Shown piece after piece: positions 10,838 through 19,159 of a stretch of DNA of 64,000 nt. The stretch is from an uncultured Candidatus Saccharibacteria bacterium. Lineage in GTDB: Bacteria; Patescibacteriota; UBA1384; DTJR01. Positions within the stretch are counted from its first letter, which is position 1; every line of letters begins with the position of its first letter. The DNA is taken from positions 66,978 to 130,977 of the forward strand of contig CAZOJE010000002.1 of assembly GCA_964580065.1 (NCBI GenBank). The letters run 5' to 3'. The position numbers and the translations under genes were made by a program. The notes beneath the pieces were generated by a model. The model saw nothing but the letters and a program-made list of their open reading frames with translations, was not told where the DNA came from and made no database searches.

Positions 10838-11707
10838 CTAAATATCAACCCTAACTAAATTGGCTTGAATAATGAGCCGGTTTAATGACGTACCAACCGG
10901 CCAACAAGTCATCAAGGTCAGTGTTTCGAGTTTTGTTTCGTCTAATACTTCTACGTTTTTTGCCTCGATAACACGTTTGTCGGACACGGAGTAAACGTAA
11001 CGGCGGCCGTTGGCGTAAATTTCAACCTGATCGCCGCGAATCAGCTTGTCTAAAAGGGCAAAAACCGAATTATAGTCGCTATGAATCCAACTATAATTTG
11101 AAGAATGGCCGACAATGAAAATATTTCCGCCGTTGCCGGGCAAAGAAGTATTTTCATAATGAACCACGCCGCTGGTAAGTTTACTTAAGATTTCGTTTTC
11201 CGGCACGTTCCAGCTGATTGGTACATCTACCGAAATTTTTCCAATGATTAAGCGATCTTGTTTTGTCGGGTCTTCATTGAACGACGGAATGGACTCCGGT
11301 AGCCCAAGCGAATCGGGCGTGCTAGTAGCGGTTGGTGTTGATGTGCGCGTCGGGCTATTCGTGCTAATTTTGCCTTCTGGCGCTTTTTGATTGAGGTATT
11401 CGCTGTAATAGAGCCAATAAAATTGCTTCTTGAAGGCCGTGTAATTCATTGCCACGTAAAAGCTAAAAGTGACTATGCCGACAACAGCCGAAAACATCAG
11501 CAGGCGGTCGAGACTGTCAGGCCCTTTTTTATTTTTTTTCTCTTTGCTTTTTTTCGTCAGCGCAGTTTTACTGATTTCCTTTTTGACCTTTTTTAGCATC
11601 AGCTCATCTTGATGCGGCCGAATTTTTTTTACTTTTAAATTCGGCTCAAATTTTGGCCCATCGTTGTCTTTAAATATCTTCTTGAGATCGTCTTCAGTAA
11701 TTTTCAT
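10838..11707 (-). CDS. Sortase (class D/E-like) with N-terminal TM and T/S/P-rich linker
   Basis: GNIFIVGHSS, LTLMTCWPVG, R of NRL catalytic triad. Confidence 0.88.
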   Translation of the reverse strand: MKITEDDLKKIFKDNDGPKFEPNLKVKKIRPHQDELMLKKVKKEISKTALTKKSKEKKNKKGPDSLDRLLMFSAVVGIVTFSFYVAMNYTAFKKQFYWLYYSEYLNQKAPEGKISTNSPTRTSTPTATSTPDSLGLPESIPSFNEDPTKQDRLIIGKISVDVPISWNVPENEILSKLTSGVVHYENTSLPGNGGNIFIVGHSSNYSWIHSDYNSVFALLDKLIRGDQVEIYANGRRYVYSVSDKRVIEAKNVEVLDETKLETLTLMTCWPVGTSLNRLIIQANLVRVDI

Positions 11708-13047
11708 TTATGGAAGTTTTTGCTGATAAATATAAGTGTTTGCTTTTTGCTTGCCGAGTTAGAAATAGCATAATCGTTGGCCTGCTCCAAGATTTGCTTG
11801 AATTTTGGACTCGGCTCAAAGCCAAGCTTAATCAAATCGTCTCCGGTAATGAGATTTTTTTTGGGAAATTTTGACATTTCCCTTTGATTTTTTTTCGCCG
11901 CGACTAAGTCGGATTGCATTTTTTCAACCAACTCCGTATTAACTGGATAAGTACCTTCGCTGTCAGCGCGCACTAACTCAATTAACATCGGAAAACGTGG
12001 GTCGAGGACAAAATTCATTTTTTTGCTGGGGCGCATTTTATCTATATCGCCAATGCGCATGTGGTAATGAATCAGCCATTCGACTGTTTCGATCTCATAA
12101 TTGGGAAATTTCAATCGACGCAATATTTCTGTGGCCTTAGCAGCAGACTGTTCAGCGTGATTATAAAAAGTAATACGGCCATTTTCTTCGTTAAAAGTTT
12201 GCGGCTTGGCAATATCGTGCAAAAGTACTGCCCACGCAATAAAACTAGGCGTGTCGCGTTTAAGCGAACGCAAAGCCAGATAAACGTGCGTAAAAACATC
12301 ACCCTCGTGATGATATTCTAATGGTTGCGGCACACCTTTAAGCGCCTCAAGCTCGGGAATAACTTCCTCTAAAATTCCGCTTTGAGAAAGTTCAATTAAC
12401 CCTATGTGACGATTAAAAGAAGAAAAAATGAGATTTAATTCGTCTCTTATTCTCTCGGGTGCCACTTCTTTGATTAGTTTTGATTTTGATTTGATAATGT
12501 TAAAGGTTTCGCGTGAATACTGAAAACCCAAAATTACCTTAAACCTTACCGCCCGAATCAAACGCAGATGATCTTCCTCGATTCTTTCCGAAGCGTCGCC
12601 AACAAATCTGATTACCCCTTTTTTGAGATCTTCTTCGCCGCCAACATAATCAATAACTTTATTTTTCAGCGGATCAAAAAAAAGGGCGTTAATTGTTAGG
12701 TCGCGTCGCCGGCAATCTTCTTGAGCTGACGAAAATTCAACATGGCTGGGGCGCCTTTTGTCCTCGTAACCGCTTTCAATTCTGAAAGTGGCCACTTCAA
12801 AATTTTCCTTTTGTTCAATCACATTTATGACGCCAAAACTTTTGCCGATTGCCACGGTAGAGGAAAAAAGTCTTTCAATCTCTTCTGGCAAAGCCGAAGT
12901 GGCAATATCATAGTCCTTAGCAGTTCTCCCTAAGAGCATGTCACGAACGCAGCCACCCGCAAAATAAGCTTCGTGGCCATTTTTCACGAGTTTTTTGACT
13001 ATTTCTGTCGCAAGCTGTTTTTTAGTTTTTTTCATCGGCTTTTTCAA
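11704..13047 (-). CDS. cca: CCA tRNA nucleotidyltransferase with HD domain
   Basis: GGCVRD..DYDIAT, EVATFR, RRDLTINA, EDHLRLIRAVRF, HHEGDVFTH..LLHDIAKP. Confidence 0.88.
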   Translation of the reverse strand: MKKPMKKTKKQLATEIVKKLVKNGHEAYFAGGCVRDMLLGRTAKDYDIATSALPEEIERLFSSTVAIGKSFGVINVIEQKENFEVATFRIESGYEDKRRPSHVEFSSAQEDCRRRDLTINALFFDPLKNKVIDYVGGEEDLKKGVIRFVGDASERIEEDHLRLIRAVRFKVILGFQYSRETFNIIKSKSKLIKEVAPERIRDELNLIFSSFNRHIGLIELSQSGILEEVIPELEALKGVPQPLEYHHEGDVFTHVYLALRSLKRDTPSFIAWAVLLHDIAKPQTFNEENGRITFYNHAEQSAAKATEILRRLKFPNYEIETVEWLIHYHMRIGDIDKMRPSKKMNFVLDPRFPMLIELVRADSEGTYPVNTELVEKMQSDLVAAKKNQREMSKFPKKNLITGDDLIKLGFEPSPKFKQILEQANDYAISNSASKKQTLIFISKNFHK

Positions 13048-13621
13048 CTTTCATAAGGCCGTGCCACCAGCTTGCCGTAAAGTTTACATCATTTTTCACC
13101 AAATTAAGGATTTGTTTGGCCGAATCGGTTTTGAGAGCATTTTCTACGTTTATTATCCATTCCCAACAGCCCCTATAGCCCGCTTCAAAATAAATTTTGG
13201 CTTGAATAGCGACTTCGAGCCAGTCGGCATCTTGGCAAATTATTCCTTCTTGGGTATTACGCGATCTTTTTTCTTCCGTTAAGGCAGCAATTTTTTCAGC
13301 TAATTCCTGCGGCAACATCGTTAATTGATCGGCTTCAACTTTCGACTCGACTTTTTTTGAGTCAATATAGCGTGCGCCAACCTTGTGTATGTCGCCAATT
13401 CTGATTTCGGCGATATCGTGAAAGATTGCCATCGAAGCAGTTTTCTCTGGATCAGCGCCCTCAAGATAGGCCAAAACATAAGCAATTTGGGCGGTTAGCA
13501 AGGAGTGTTCGGCAATGCTGTCAGGAAATGGAACCGAGGTCATTCGCACACCTTCGTGTTTGACTCGTTTCAACATTTGAAATTCTGAAAATAATTTCTT
13601 GATATTATTAAAATCCGTCAT
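13022..13621 (-). CDS. HD-domain hydrolase (YfbR/HDDC2 5'-deoxynucleotidase-like)
   Basis: LKRVKHEG, DSIAEHS, FHDIAEIRIGDI, QDADWLE. Confidence 0.8.
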   Translation of the reverse strand: MTDFNNIKKLFSEFQMLKRVKHEGVRMTSVPFPDSIAEHSLLTAQIAYVLAYLEGADPEKTASMAIFHDIAEIRIGDIHKVGARYIDSKKVESKVEADQLTMLPQELAEKIAALTEEKRSRNTQEGIICQDADWLEVAIQAKIYFEAGYRGCWEWIINVENALKTDSAKQILNLVKNDVNFTASWWHGLMKVEKADEKN

Positions 13622-13833
13622 GCCCCTCCAGTTTCTATAATAAAGTTCTTTTTACGAAAACGTTTTTACCTAAAACGTTTCCGATTCCAGCTTTCTTATC
13701 TGATAAAATAGTATCAAATTGTCCTATTGGAAACAATGATACGACTTAGATACCGAAAAATCTTACCGAAATATTCTTCGTTAGATAGTTAAGAATCTTA
13801 CCAAAGTCTGTTAAACTGCCAAGATTATGTACG

Positions 13834-13858
13834 AAAAGGCCTCGCCAGAGGCGAGGCC
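13834..13858 (-). terminator. GC-rich hairpin plus T-run (intrinsic terminator or DGR-type hairpin)
   Basis: GGCCTCGCC-TCT-GGCGAGGCC-TTTT about 40 nt downstream of the 13901..14581 stop. Confidence 0.65.
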
Positions 13859-13900
13859 CGAACTACAAAGCGAAAGGGTTTATAAGTTAGAAGACAAGGG

Positions 13901-14581
13901 CTACGTGCGGGTATACACCCAGATCTTGTCGCCTTCGCAGAAGGCCTCTGGATCGCCGCAGAAGCCGTATAGACAGAGGCCATCGTCACCGTGTTCGACG
14001 CTGAAGACCCCGGAGGAGCAATGATCCGGGCAGGCGATAGGATCCATGTACATCAAACACTGTTCACCGAGAGGCTGTTGCCCTGGGTACTGCAATCGTA
14101 GCTGCGCGCCGGATTCGATCGGGAGCTTCTTTGCGCCGATCTTCTCAAGCGCTTCGAAGTTCTGCTTAACCTTGCAGCCGCAGGGATAGCCGAGTTCGGC
14201 GCTACTGGCCCTGTAGAGGTCTAGCGTGCCGAGCTCCGAGAGGAGTGTGAACTTCTCGCAACCCATGAGGTTGCCAGCCCAGTTGCCAATGTAGTAGCCC
14301 CTGCTCTGCAGGGCATGCTCCAAGGTAGGGACCGAAGCGAAATTGCCGACAGTAATCGTGGCAAACGGCGGGCGCTCGGGCAGCGGCATGTGCATCGCCT
14401 GCTCGGCAGCCAGTAGATTCCAGAGGTCGTGCATCCGACTGACTAACCAAGGGTAATCTTTGACCAGGGTGAGTTTTGCATCACAGCCCTGGTACTCCTT
14501 CGCAGCATCTTCGGCCATTTGGCCTATTTGCCGCGCCAGCCAATTCCTTTCGGTCACTTTGGAAGTACGCCGATCTGGCAC
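13901..14581 (-). CDS. GC-rich hypothetical protein; C-terminus resembles CPR C-type-lectin-like DGR target proteins
   Basis: AAAGGGGAG RBS before GTG; motifs ELGYPCG, GAQLRLQYPGQQP, MDPI, GLCLYG..P...WVY; GC visibly above the flanks. Confidence 0.7.
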   Translation of the reverse strand: MPDRRTSKVTERNWLARQIGQMAEDAAKEYQGCDAKLTLVKDYPWLVSRMHDLWNLLAAEQAMHMPLPERPPFATITVGNFASVPTLEHALQSRGYYIGNWAGNLMGCEKFTLLSELGTLDLYRASSAELGYPCGCKVKQNFEALEKIGAKKLPIESGAQLRLQYPGQQPLGEQCLMYMDPIACPDHCSSGVFSVEHGDDGLCLYGFCGDPEAFCEGDKIWVYTRT

Positions 14582-14636
14582 CAGGTAGCTCCCCTTTCGT
14601 GTCCAACATGATATCTCGCTTCAAAGCGAGGTTCGC

Positions 14637-14690
14637 CCTTCGGGCTTAGCTATTTACCTGTAATTTCAGCTAAACAATTAAGCCCGAAGG
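14637..14690. repeat. Imperfect 20-bp inverted repeat
   Basis: CCTTCGGGCTTAGCTATTTA-N14-TAAACAATTAAGCCCGAAGG; a second small hairpin CTCGCT-TCAA-AGCGAG lies at 14615-14630. Confidence 0.75.
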
Positions 14691-14797
14691 ATTATTGTTA
14701 AGGTTCTATTCGAAGAGAAAAATATACATAAATACATTCAAAAAAACAAGGGTTCGGCTGGCATGGTGAATCCTCGTCAAAGCACATCATCTCGTTT

Positions 14798-14953
14798 CTA
14801 ATACCAAATCGTTCTTGTTCTGTGATAAGGTTTATCGTCCAGTGATTTTGCCTGACCCTTAAACCAAAATATTCCGTCAACTTTTACAGCGTTGGCTTGT
14901 AAAAACCTCTCCCTTAAAATTTTAGTGGCAAGCTCTATGGCCCACAGATCGTA
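14798..14953 (-). pseudogene. C-terminal fragment of a queuosine salvage protein (DUF2419/QNG1 family); absent from the ORF track
   Basis: Manual translation ..WAIELATKILRERFLQANAVKVDGIFWFKGQAKSLDDKPYHRTRTIWY* matches the family C-terminus W(A/V)VE..D..LW..G..P(Y/H)HRTRTIxY. Confidence 0.7.
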
Positions 14954-14954
14954 T

Positions 14955-15290
14955 TTATTTTTCTAATTCCTCTTTCAGCAATGCAACAATTTGTTTTCTC
15001 ATAATCAGGTTTGGTCTTTCCGCTGAAATATCTGTAAATTTTATATTAAAGATTTTTTCCAATAACTCTTTTGTTCCGCTATCATGGGTAACAAAAAAGT
15101 TTTTGCAATCGGCAAGTTCAATTGTATTCTGAAAAACAAAATTTAAATTCATTGTTTGTTTAATCTTTTCAAGCGTTTGAGTAATTTCGCCACCCCTTTC
15201 TTCTATTAACTTCTTTGCGCCCATCATTTCAATTTGGGCAATACCAACTTTTTTGTCGCCCATAACAAACCATGCAAAATTGCCACTTAC
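14955..15290 (-). pseudogene. C-terminal (DHHA2) portion of a Mn-dependent family II inorganic pyrophosphatase
   Basis: FAWFVMGDKKVGIAQIE...LIMRKQIVALLKEELEK; no native start; pairs with the N-terminal piece at 19160..19432. Confidence 0.75.
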
Positions 15291-15520
15291 TTTTGCGACG
15301 CCTACTGTGCCTGGCAAAAAGGATCAATAAAAAACATTATTGGTCTAGTGAGACAATACTTGCCCAAAGGCAGTAACATCACTAATCTAACCAACGATGA
15401 CTTATACGTAATTCAAGAGCGTCTCAACAACCGACCAAGAAAAACCTTGAACTACCAAACACCAAATGAGATATTCAAACAAATAGCAACAAAGTGATGT
15501 ACTAAATTCGAGAGCTCACC
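15280..15520 (+). mobile_element. IS30-family remnant: transposase C-terminus plus probable right inverted repeat
   Basis: YFCDAYCAWQKGSIKNIIGLVRQYLPKG..LNNRPRKTLNYQTPNE (the catalytic E position reads K); followed by GATGTACTAAATTCGAGAGCTCACC, which abuts the aroE stop. Confidence 0.8.
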
Positions 15521-16382
15521 CTATTTACAATACTTTCTTAATTCTCCGGCTATTTCATCCGCGTCAATTTTGCTGTAATCTTCTCCAATCCAAAGCTTTA
15601 GTGCTTCAACAGCCTGGAATATCATCATATAGAGACCGGAACATACAGTAGCCCCCGATTGTTTTGCGTTACTTAAAAATTTCGTTTCATAGGGGTTAAA
15701 TATCGCGTCAAAAAAATACTTATTTTTCAAAGAACCGAGTTTGTTATAAATTTTTTGAGCAACTATCTCGCCATCATTGTCAGGGTACATTCCCACAGGA
15801 GTAGTATTAATTATAAAATCGGCTTTTGATATGTATTTTATTAGATTATTATCATTTAATTTTGCGTAAATTATTTTTTTATCTTTACTTGAAATATCAT
15901 CTGATAATTTCTCAGCCTGCTCTAGATCTCTGTTTACAATTAGAATGTTTTTGCTTTTTTTATATATCTCATATACAACCGCTCTAGCCGCGCCGCCCGC
16001 TCCGATAACCAACACAAAATCTCGTGGTAAAATACCTCTTAACTTCAATTCCATCGCCCTCATTGCTCCGGCTGCATCGGTATTATATCCGATTTTTTTA
16101 CCCCCCCCTGTACACAATTGTGTTTAGCGCCCCAATTTTCTTAACGGTATCATCCAACTTATCGACAAGTTTAATCGCAGTTACCTTATAAGGCAAGGTT
16201 ATATTAATTCCGGAGAATCCTAATTCTCCGAGATCATCAATATATTTGGCTAATCTTTTTTCGTTTTTGGTGAGGATTTTGACATGAGCATAACCGTCTT
16301 TAATTCCATTGGTTAAAATTCCAAACAAATAAGGCGAGATACTATGTTCAACGGGATTTCCCAATAAAGCTGAATATTTCAT
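15521..16382 (-). pseudogene. aroE: Shikimate dehydrogenase split by a 1-nt frameshift in a G8 run
   Basis: LLGNPVEHSISP, GINITLPYK, GALNT in one frame; GYNTD, IGAGGAARA, NTTPVGM, GLYMMIFQA in the other; removing one G at 16101-16108 joins them. Confidence 0.85.
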
Positions 16383-16906
16383 ATCTTTGTTAATTTTAAA
16401 TATCGATTGTTTAAATCTTTCCACACAGGTTCATCCTTTATCAATTCTTGGGAAACCTCTAAGAAGCACTTAATTTTGTCGATAAGATACTTTTTAAGTT
16501 TTTCATCATCAATCAACTTTATATAAAAACTATTGTCATAGATATCTGCACACTTTACAATTGTGGCTTCGTTTCCGCAGCTAACGGTGCGCTTGAACAT
16601 ATCCATATATCTATCTTTTTTATCTTTAATATCAGAATTAAATGACAATGCCGACACCACGTCTGCTATCTTGGGTCCGAATTGTTTTTTGATTTCAGAT
16701 TTGCTGGTGTTGCTGTCTTCGATCAGATCATGAAGCAACGCAACGATAATAATATCCTTGCCATATTCTTTATTCAATAGATAGAAAGCAGTTTTTACTG
16801 AGTGCAAAATAACCGGCTTGGAATTGTTGCCAGTCTCATTATATTTGGACACTAGAAAAAAAATAGCTCTTTCGATCTCTTTGGCGTTTTTGGGTTTGAT
16901 ATACAA
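16379..16906 (-). CDS. Stand-alone HD-domain protein, small alarmone hydrolase (Mesh1/SAH)-like
   Basis: KPVILHS, ALLHDLIEDS, KQFGPKIADVVSALS, VKCADIYDN; AGGAG RBS before TTG 16906. Confidence 0.75.
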   Translation of the reverse strand: MYIKPKNAKEIERAIFFLVSKYNETGNNSKPVILHSVKTAFYLLNKEYGKDIIIVALLHDLIEDSNTSKSEIKKQFGPKIADVVSALSFNSDIKDKKDRYMDMFKRTVSCGNEATIVKCADIYDNSFYIKLIDDEKLKKYLIDKIKCFLEVSQELIKDEPVWKDLNNRYLKLTKI

Positions 16907-16963
16907 CTCATCTCCTTCTCGTAAATATACTATCACTCCTGTTAAATAATTCAAGGTTAATGC

Positions 16964-16999
16964 AAAACGGCCGCAGCTCCTTTCGGAGTCACGGCCGTT
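16964..16999 (-). terminator. Intrinsic terminator of the kinase gene
   Basis: AACGGCCGTGACTCC-GAAA-GGAGCTGCGGCCG-TTTT overlapping the kinase stop; sits at a GC-content boundary. Confidence 0.7.
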
Positions 17000-17942
17000 C
17001 GGTTAAGTTTGCGATATGATCGGCGAGAGACTTTGAATCACCGGACACATAGCGCAGGTCTGCTTGACCAAGAACCGCCGCGATGATGCTTTTACGCATC
17101 TCGAACAGTCTCTTGGAATCAAGCGAGGGGATGTATCCCATCAGGTCGTGGCTATCATTGCCGAGCATTACGGTACACGTTGATCGGATATAGCGAGAGA
17201 AGTTCTCATTCAGATACAGCCTCGTAACCAGATTGTTGGCTGCATCGGAGTAAACTTCTCCTTGATTCTCGTCTACGTGGACCATAAAGGCCCGCACAAT
17301 TGGTCTATTAGTCTGCTGTACCTCAATTTCCAGGTCTTCTGGCTGGATCTTCGTCTTGTGTAACCATGGATCAACCGTCGACTTCGGAAAAAACGGTAGC
17401 AGTTGCGGCTGACTTCTTCTGATTGACTCGTAGCGCAGGAAGAAGAATTTGGTCCCCCCAAGAGCAACCAAATCTTCTCCGGCAAGTCCGATGACTGCCA
17501 GATCGTTAGCGATCAATCTCGCGCTATGTCGCAGGCAGAGCTCAAGAGCAAGGGTGGTTTTGCCGGCCCCTTCCTTCCCAAGCAGTAATACTGCTCTGCC
17601 GTTGATTTCAACGCAAGCGGCATGCGCTGTCAGTGATGATCTCTGTTGACGTTGCAACTCGACCAGGGGATAGCCGAGATACAAAACGGTCTCCCCATTC
17701 CGCATCTGGTTCCATGGAAAGTGCACGTCAACGCTTCGTTTGCCAAACTCCAGGAGCGCTTCAGTGCTGTTGCGATACACCACTCGGTACACAGATTCGG
17801 AAGGCGAAGGCGACGCCTGAAAATCAGGAACAAAGCAGCTGTATCCCGATTTGGCAAACAACGGATACAGATCGACGTCGCTTGTGAAGTTCAAGTTGAC
17901 TCCGCACGATTCAATACTGCACAGGTGTGGCGTTTTCCTCAC
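16989..17942 (-). CDS. HprK-related P-loop kinase
   Basis: AHAACVEINGRAVLLLGKEGAGKTT..LIANDLAVIG; start uncertain (GTG 17942, or ACG 17933 seven nt after GGAGGT). Confidence 0.7.
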   Translation of the reverse strand: MRKTPHLCSIESCGVNLNFTSDVDLYPLFAKSGYSCFVPDFQASPSPSESVYRVVYRNSTEALLEFGKRSVDVHFPWNQMRNGETVLYLGYPLVELQRQQRSSLTAHAACVEINGRAVLLLGKEGAGKTTLALELCLRHSARLIANDLAVIGLAGEDLVALGGTKFFFLRYESIRRSQPQLLPFFPKSTVDPWLHKTKIQPEDLEIEVQQTNRPIVRAFMVHVDENQGEVYSDAANNLVTRLYLNENFSRYIRSTCTVMLGNDSHDLMGYIPSLDSKRLFEMRKSIIAAVLGQADLRYVSGDSKSLADHIANLTERP

Positions 17943-17946
17943 CTCC

Positions 17947-18370
17947 CTATCTGACCAGTGGAGTTTCCAGTATGTCTCGCAGATAATCGGCGTCAAGGAC
18001 GCACTCTTCGACCAGTCTTTGCACCTCTTTCTTATCAACATCTCTGTCAAGACTGACCGACAGCATCCCGGGAGGTATCAGCGTTTGGCTGTTCTTGGAC
18101 ATGGCCAATACGGTACATCTCGCGCCCATTCGCTTCCAGATTTCTTTGGCGAGCACCGTTGTTATATGCCCCAAGACACGCCCCGTGTGGTACATGGGGT
18201 TTTTGCCGTACGGTGCTTCCATTGAGTGGAGTCGGCAGACGGAGATAACACCGTTGTTGGTGTTGCCTCTTCCGACCAGTCCCTCCTCACCAAACTCGAT
18301 ACAGCTGCCGGTTCCTAGAAGGTATAGCCTACTTGCCGAGTTCACGCTGACGGTTGCCTCATATGGACGA
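17947..18370 (-). pseudogene. C-terminal fragment of an archaeal-type methionine adenosyltransferase (SAM synthetase)
   Basis: YLLGTGSCIEFGEEGLVGRGNTNNGVI..SMEAPYGKNPMYHTG, resembling YLTVTGTSAE.GDDG.VGRGNR.NGLI..SMEA..GKNP..HVG; N-terminal two-thirds absent. Confidence 0.75.
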
Positions 18371-19054
18371 CAACCTATCGGCGGAGAGTTCTCTTTTAGC
18401 CGTGAATTTATTAAATACTGCCGATCTAAAAAAGTATCAAGTGAAGCAAAACAATATGGAATAGATATATTTTTAACTACCCATGCGGTTGGCGGAGGAT
18501 TCAAAACGGGAGAGGTATTACTGGGCAGAAAATTTCACAAGCCCAGCTTCCCGAAGATTGTTCCGATGTTTAAACAGGTTTATTCGTCAGCAATAAAAAC
18601 ATTATTAGACTATCCAATAAATAAAAATATTAATAGATCGATCAATGACCAGAAAACCATCTGCATAGATGATAATAATACGTTCAAGCACAGAGATAAG
18701 GTTAATGATCTGTTGGATTACTCTAAAAGACAGATTACAAAAAATGAACAATTATATAAGGATATTGGATTTACGAATTTTTCATTGTTTTCAAAGCAAA
18801 TTAATTCGGGTCAATCTATCACCTCAAAAGATTGGGGCAATATCTTAAGTGATTTTTTTGTTATCTTCATGAAATCTAATGATAAAAACGCAGCTTTGTC
18901 TGCAGAATTAATATCTCCATTGTTTTTTCTTAGGACAATATCATTTTGGTTTGAAGTATTAAATGAAACACCAATAGTAGTAGAAAAAAAACTTGAAGAC
19001 CAAGCAGAACTAATCAGAAAATTAACTTGGGACAAAATTAGAACCCATAAATAA
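18368..19054 (+). pseudogene. C-terminal fragment of a glucosylglycerate/mannosylglycerate-synthase-like GT-A glycosyltransferase
   Basis: RQPIGGEFSFS..YGIDIFLTTHA..LGRKFHKPS..PMFKQV..PLFFLRTISF; the upstream part of ORF 18095 is only MAT antisense. Confidence 0.7.
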
Positions 19055-19159
19055 CAAACGGTTATTTACATACCTATCCTGCTATTCAATTAGGTAGAAA
19101 TTTTTATTTTCTTCTCCCACCTGTCTTCCCATCTTATAGAACAAACTTGCCTGTTCGCC

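Noticed and set aside
13834-14700. Complete DGR
   Set aside because: No reverse transcriptase, Avd or template repeat seen in the window
14601-14703. Integron attC site or cassette array
   Set aside because: The outer boxes pair poorly, there is no second site and no integron integrase; kept only as a low-interest hairpin
14698-14880. 60-aa ORF MTEYFGLR..
   Set aside because: It overlaps out of frame with the recognisable Q-salvage fragment and has no motifs
18095-18367. N-terminal part of ORF 18095..19054 (and 18371..18504 of the opposite ORF) as real coding sequence
   Set aside because: Each is the antisense of the other fragment; recognisable motifs begin only at the junction
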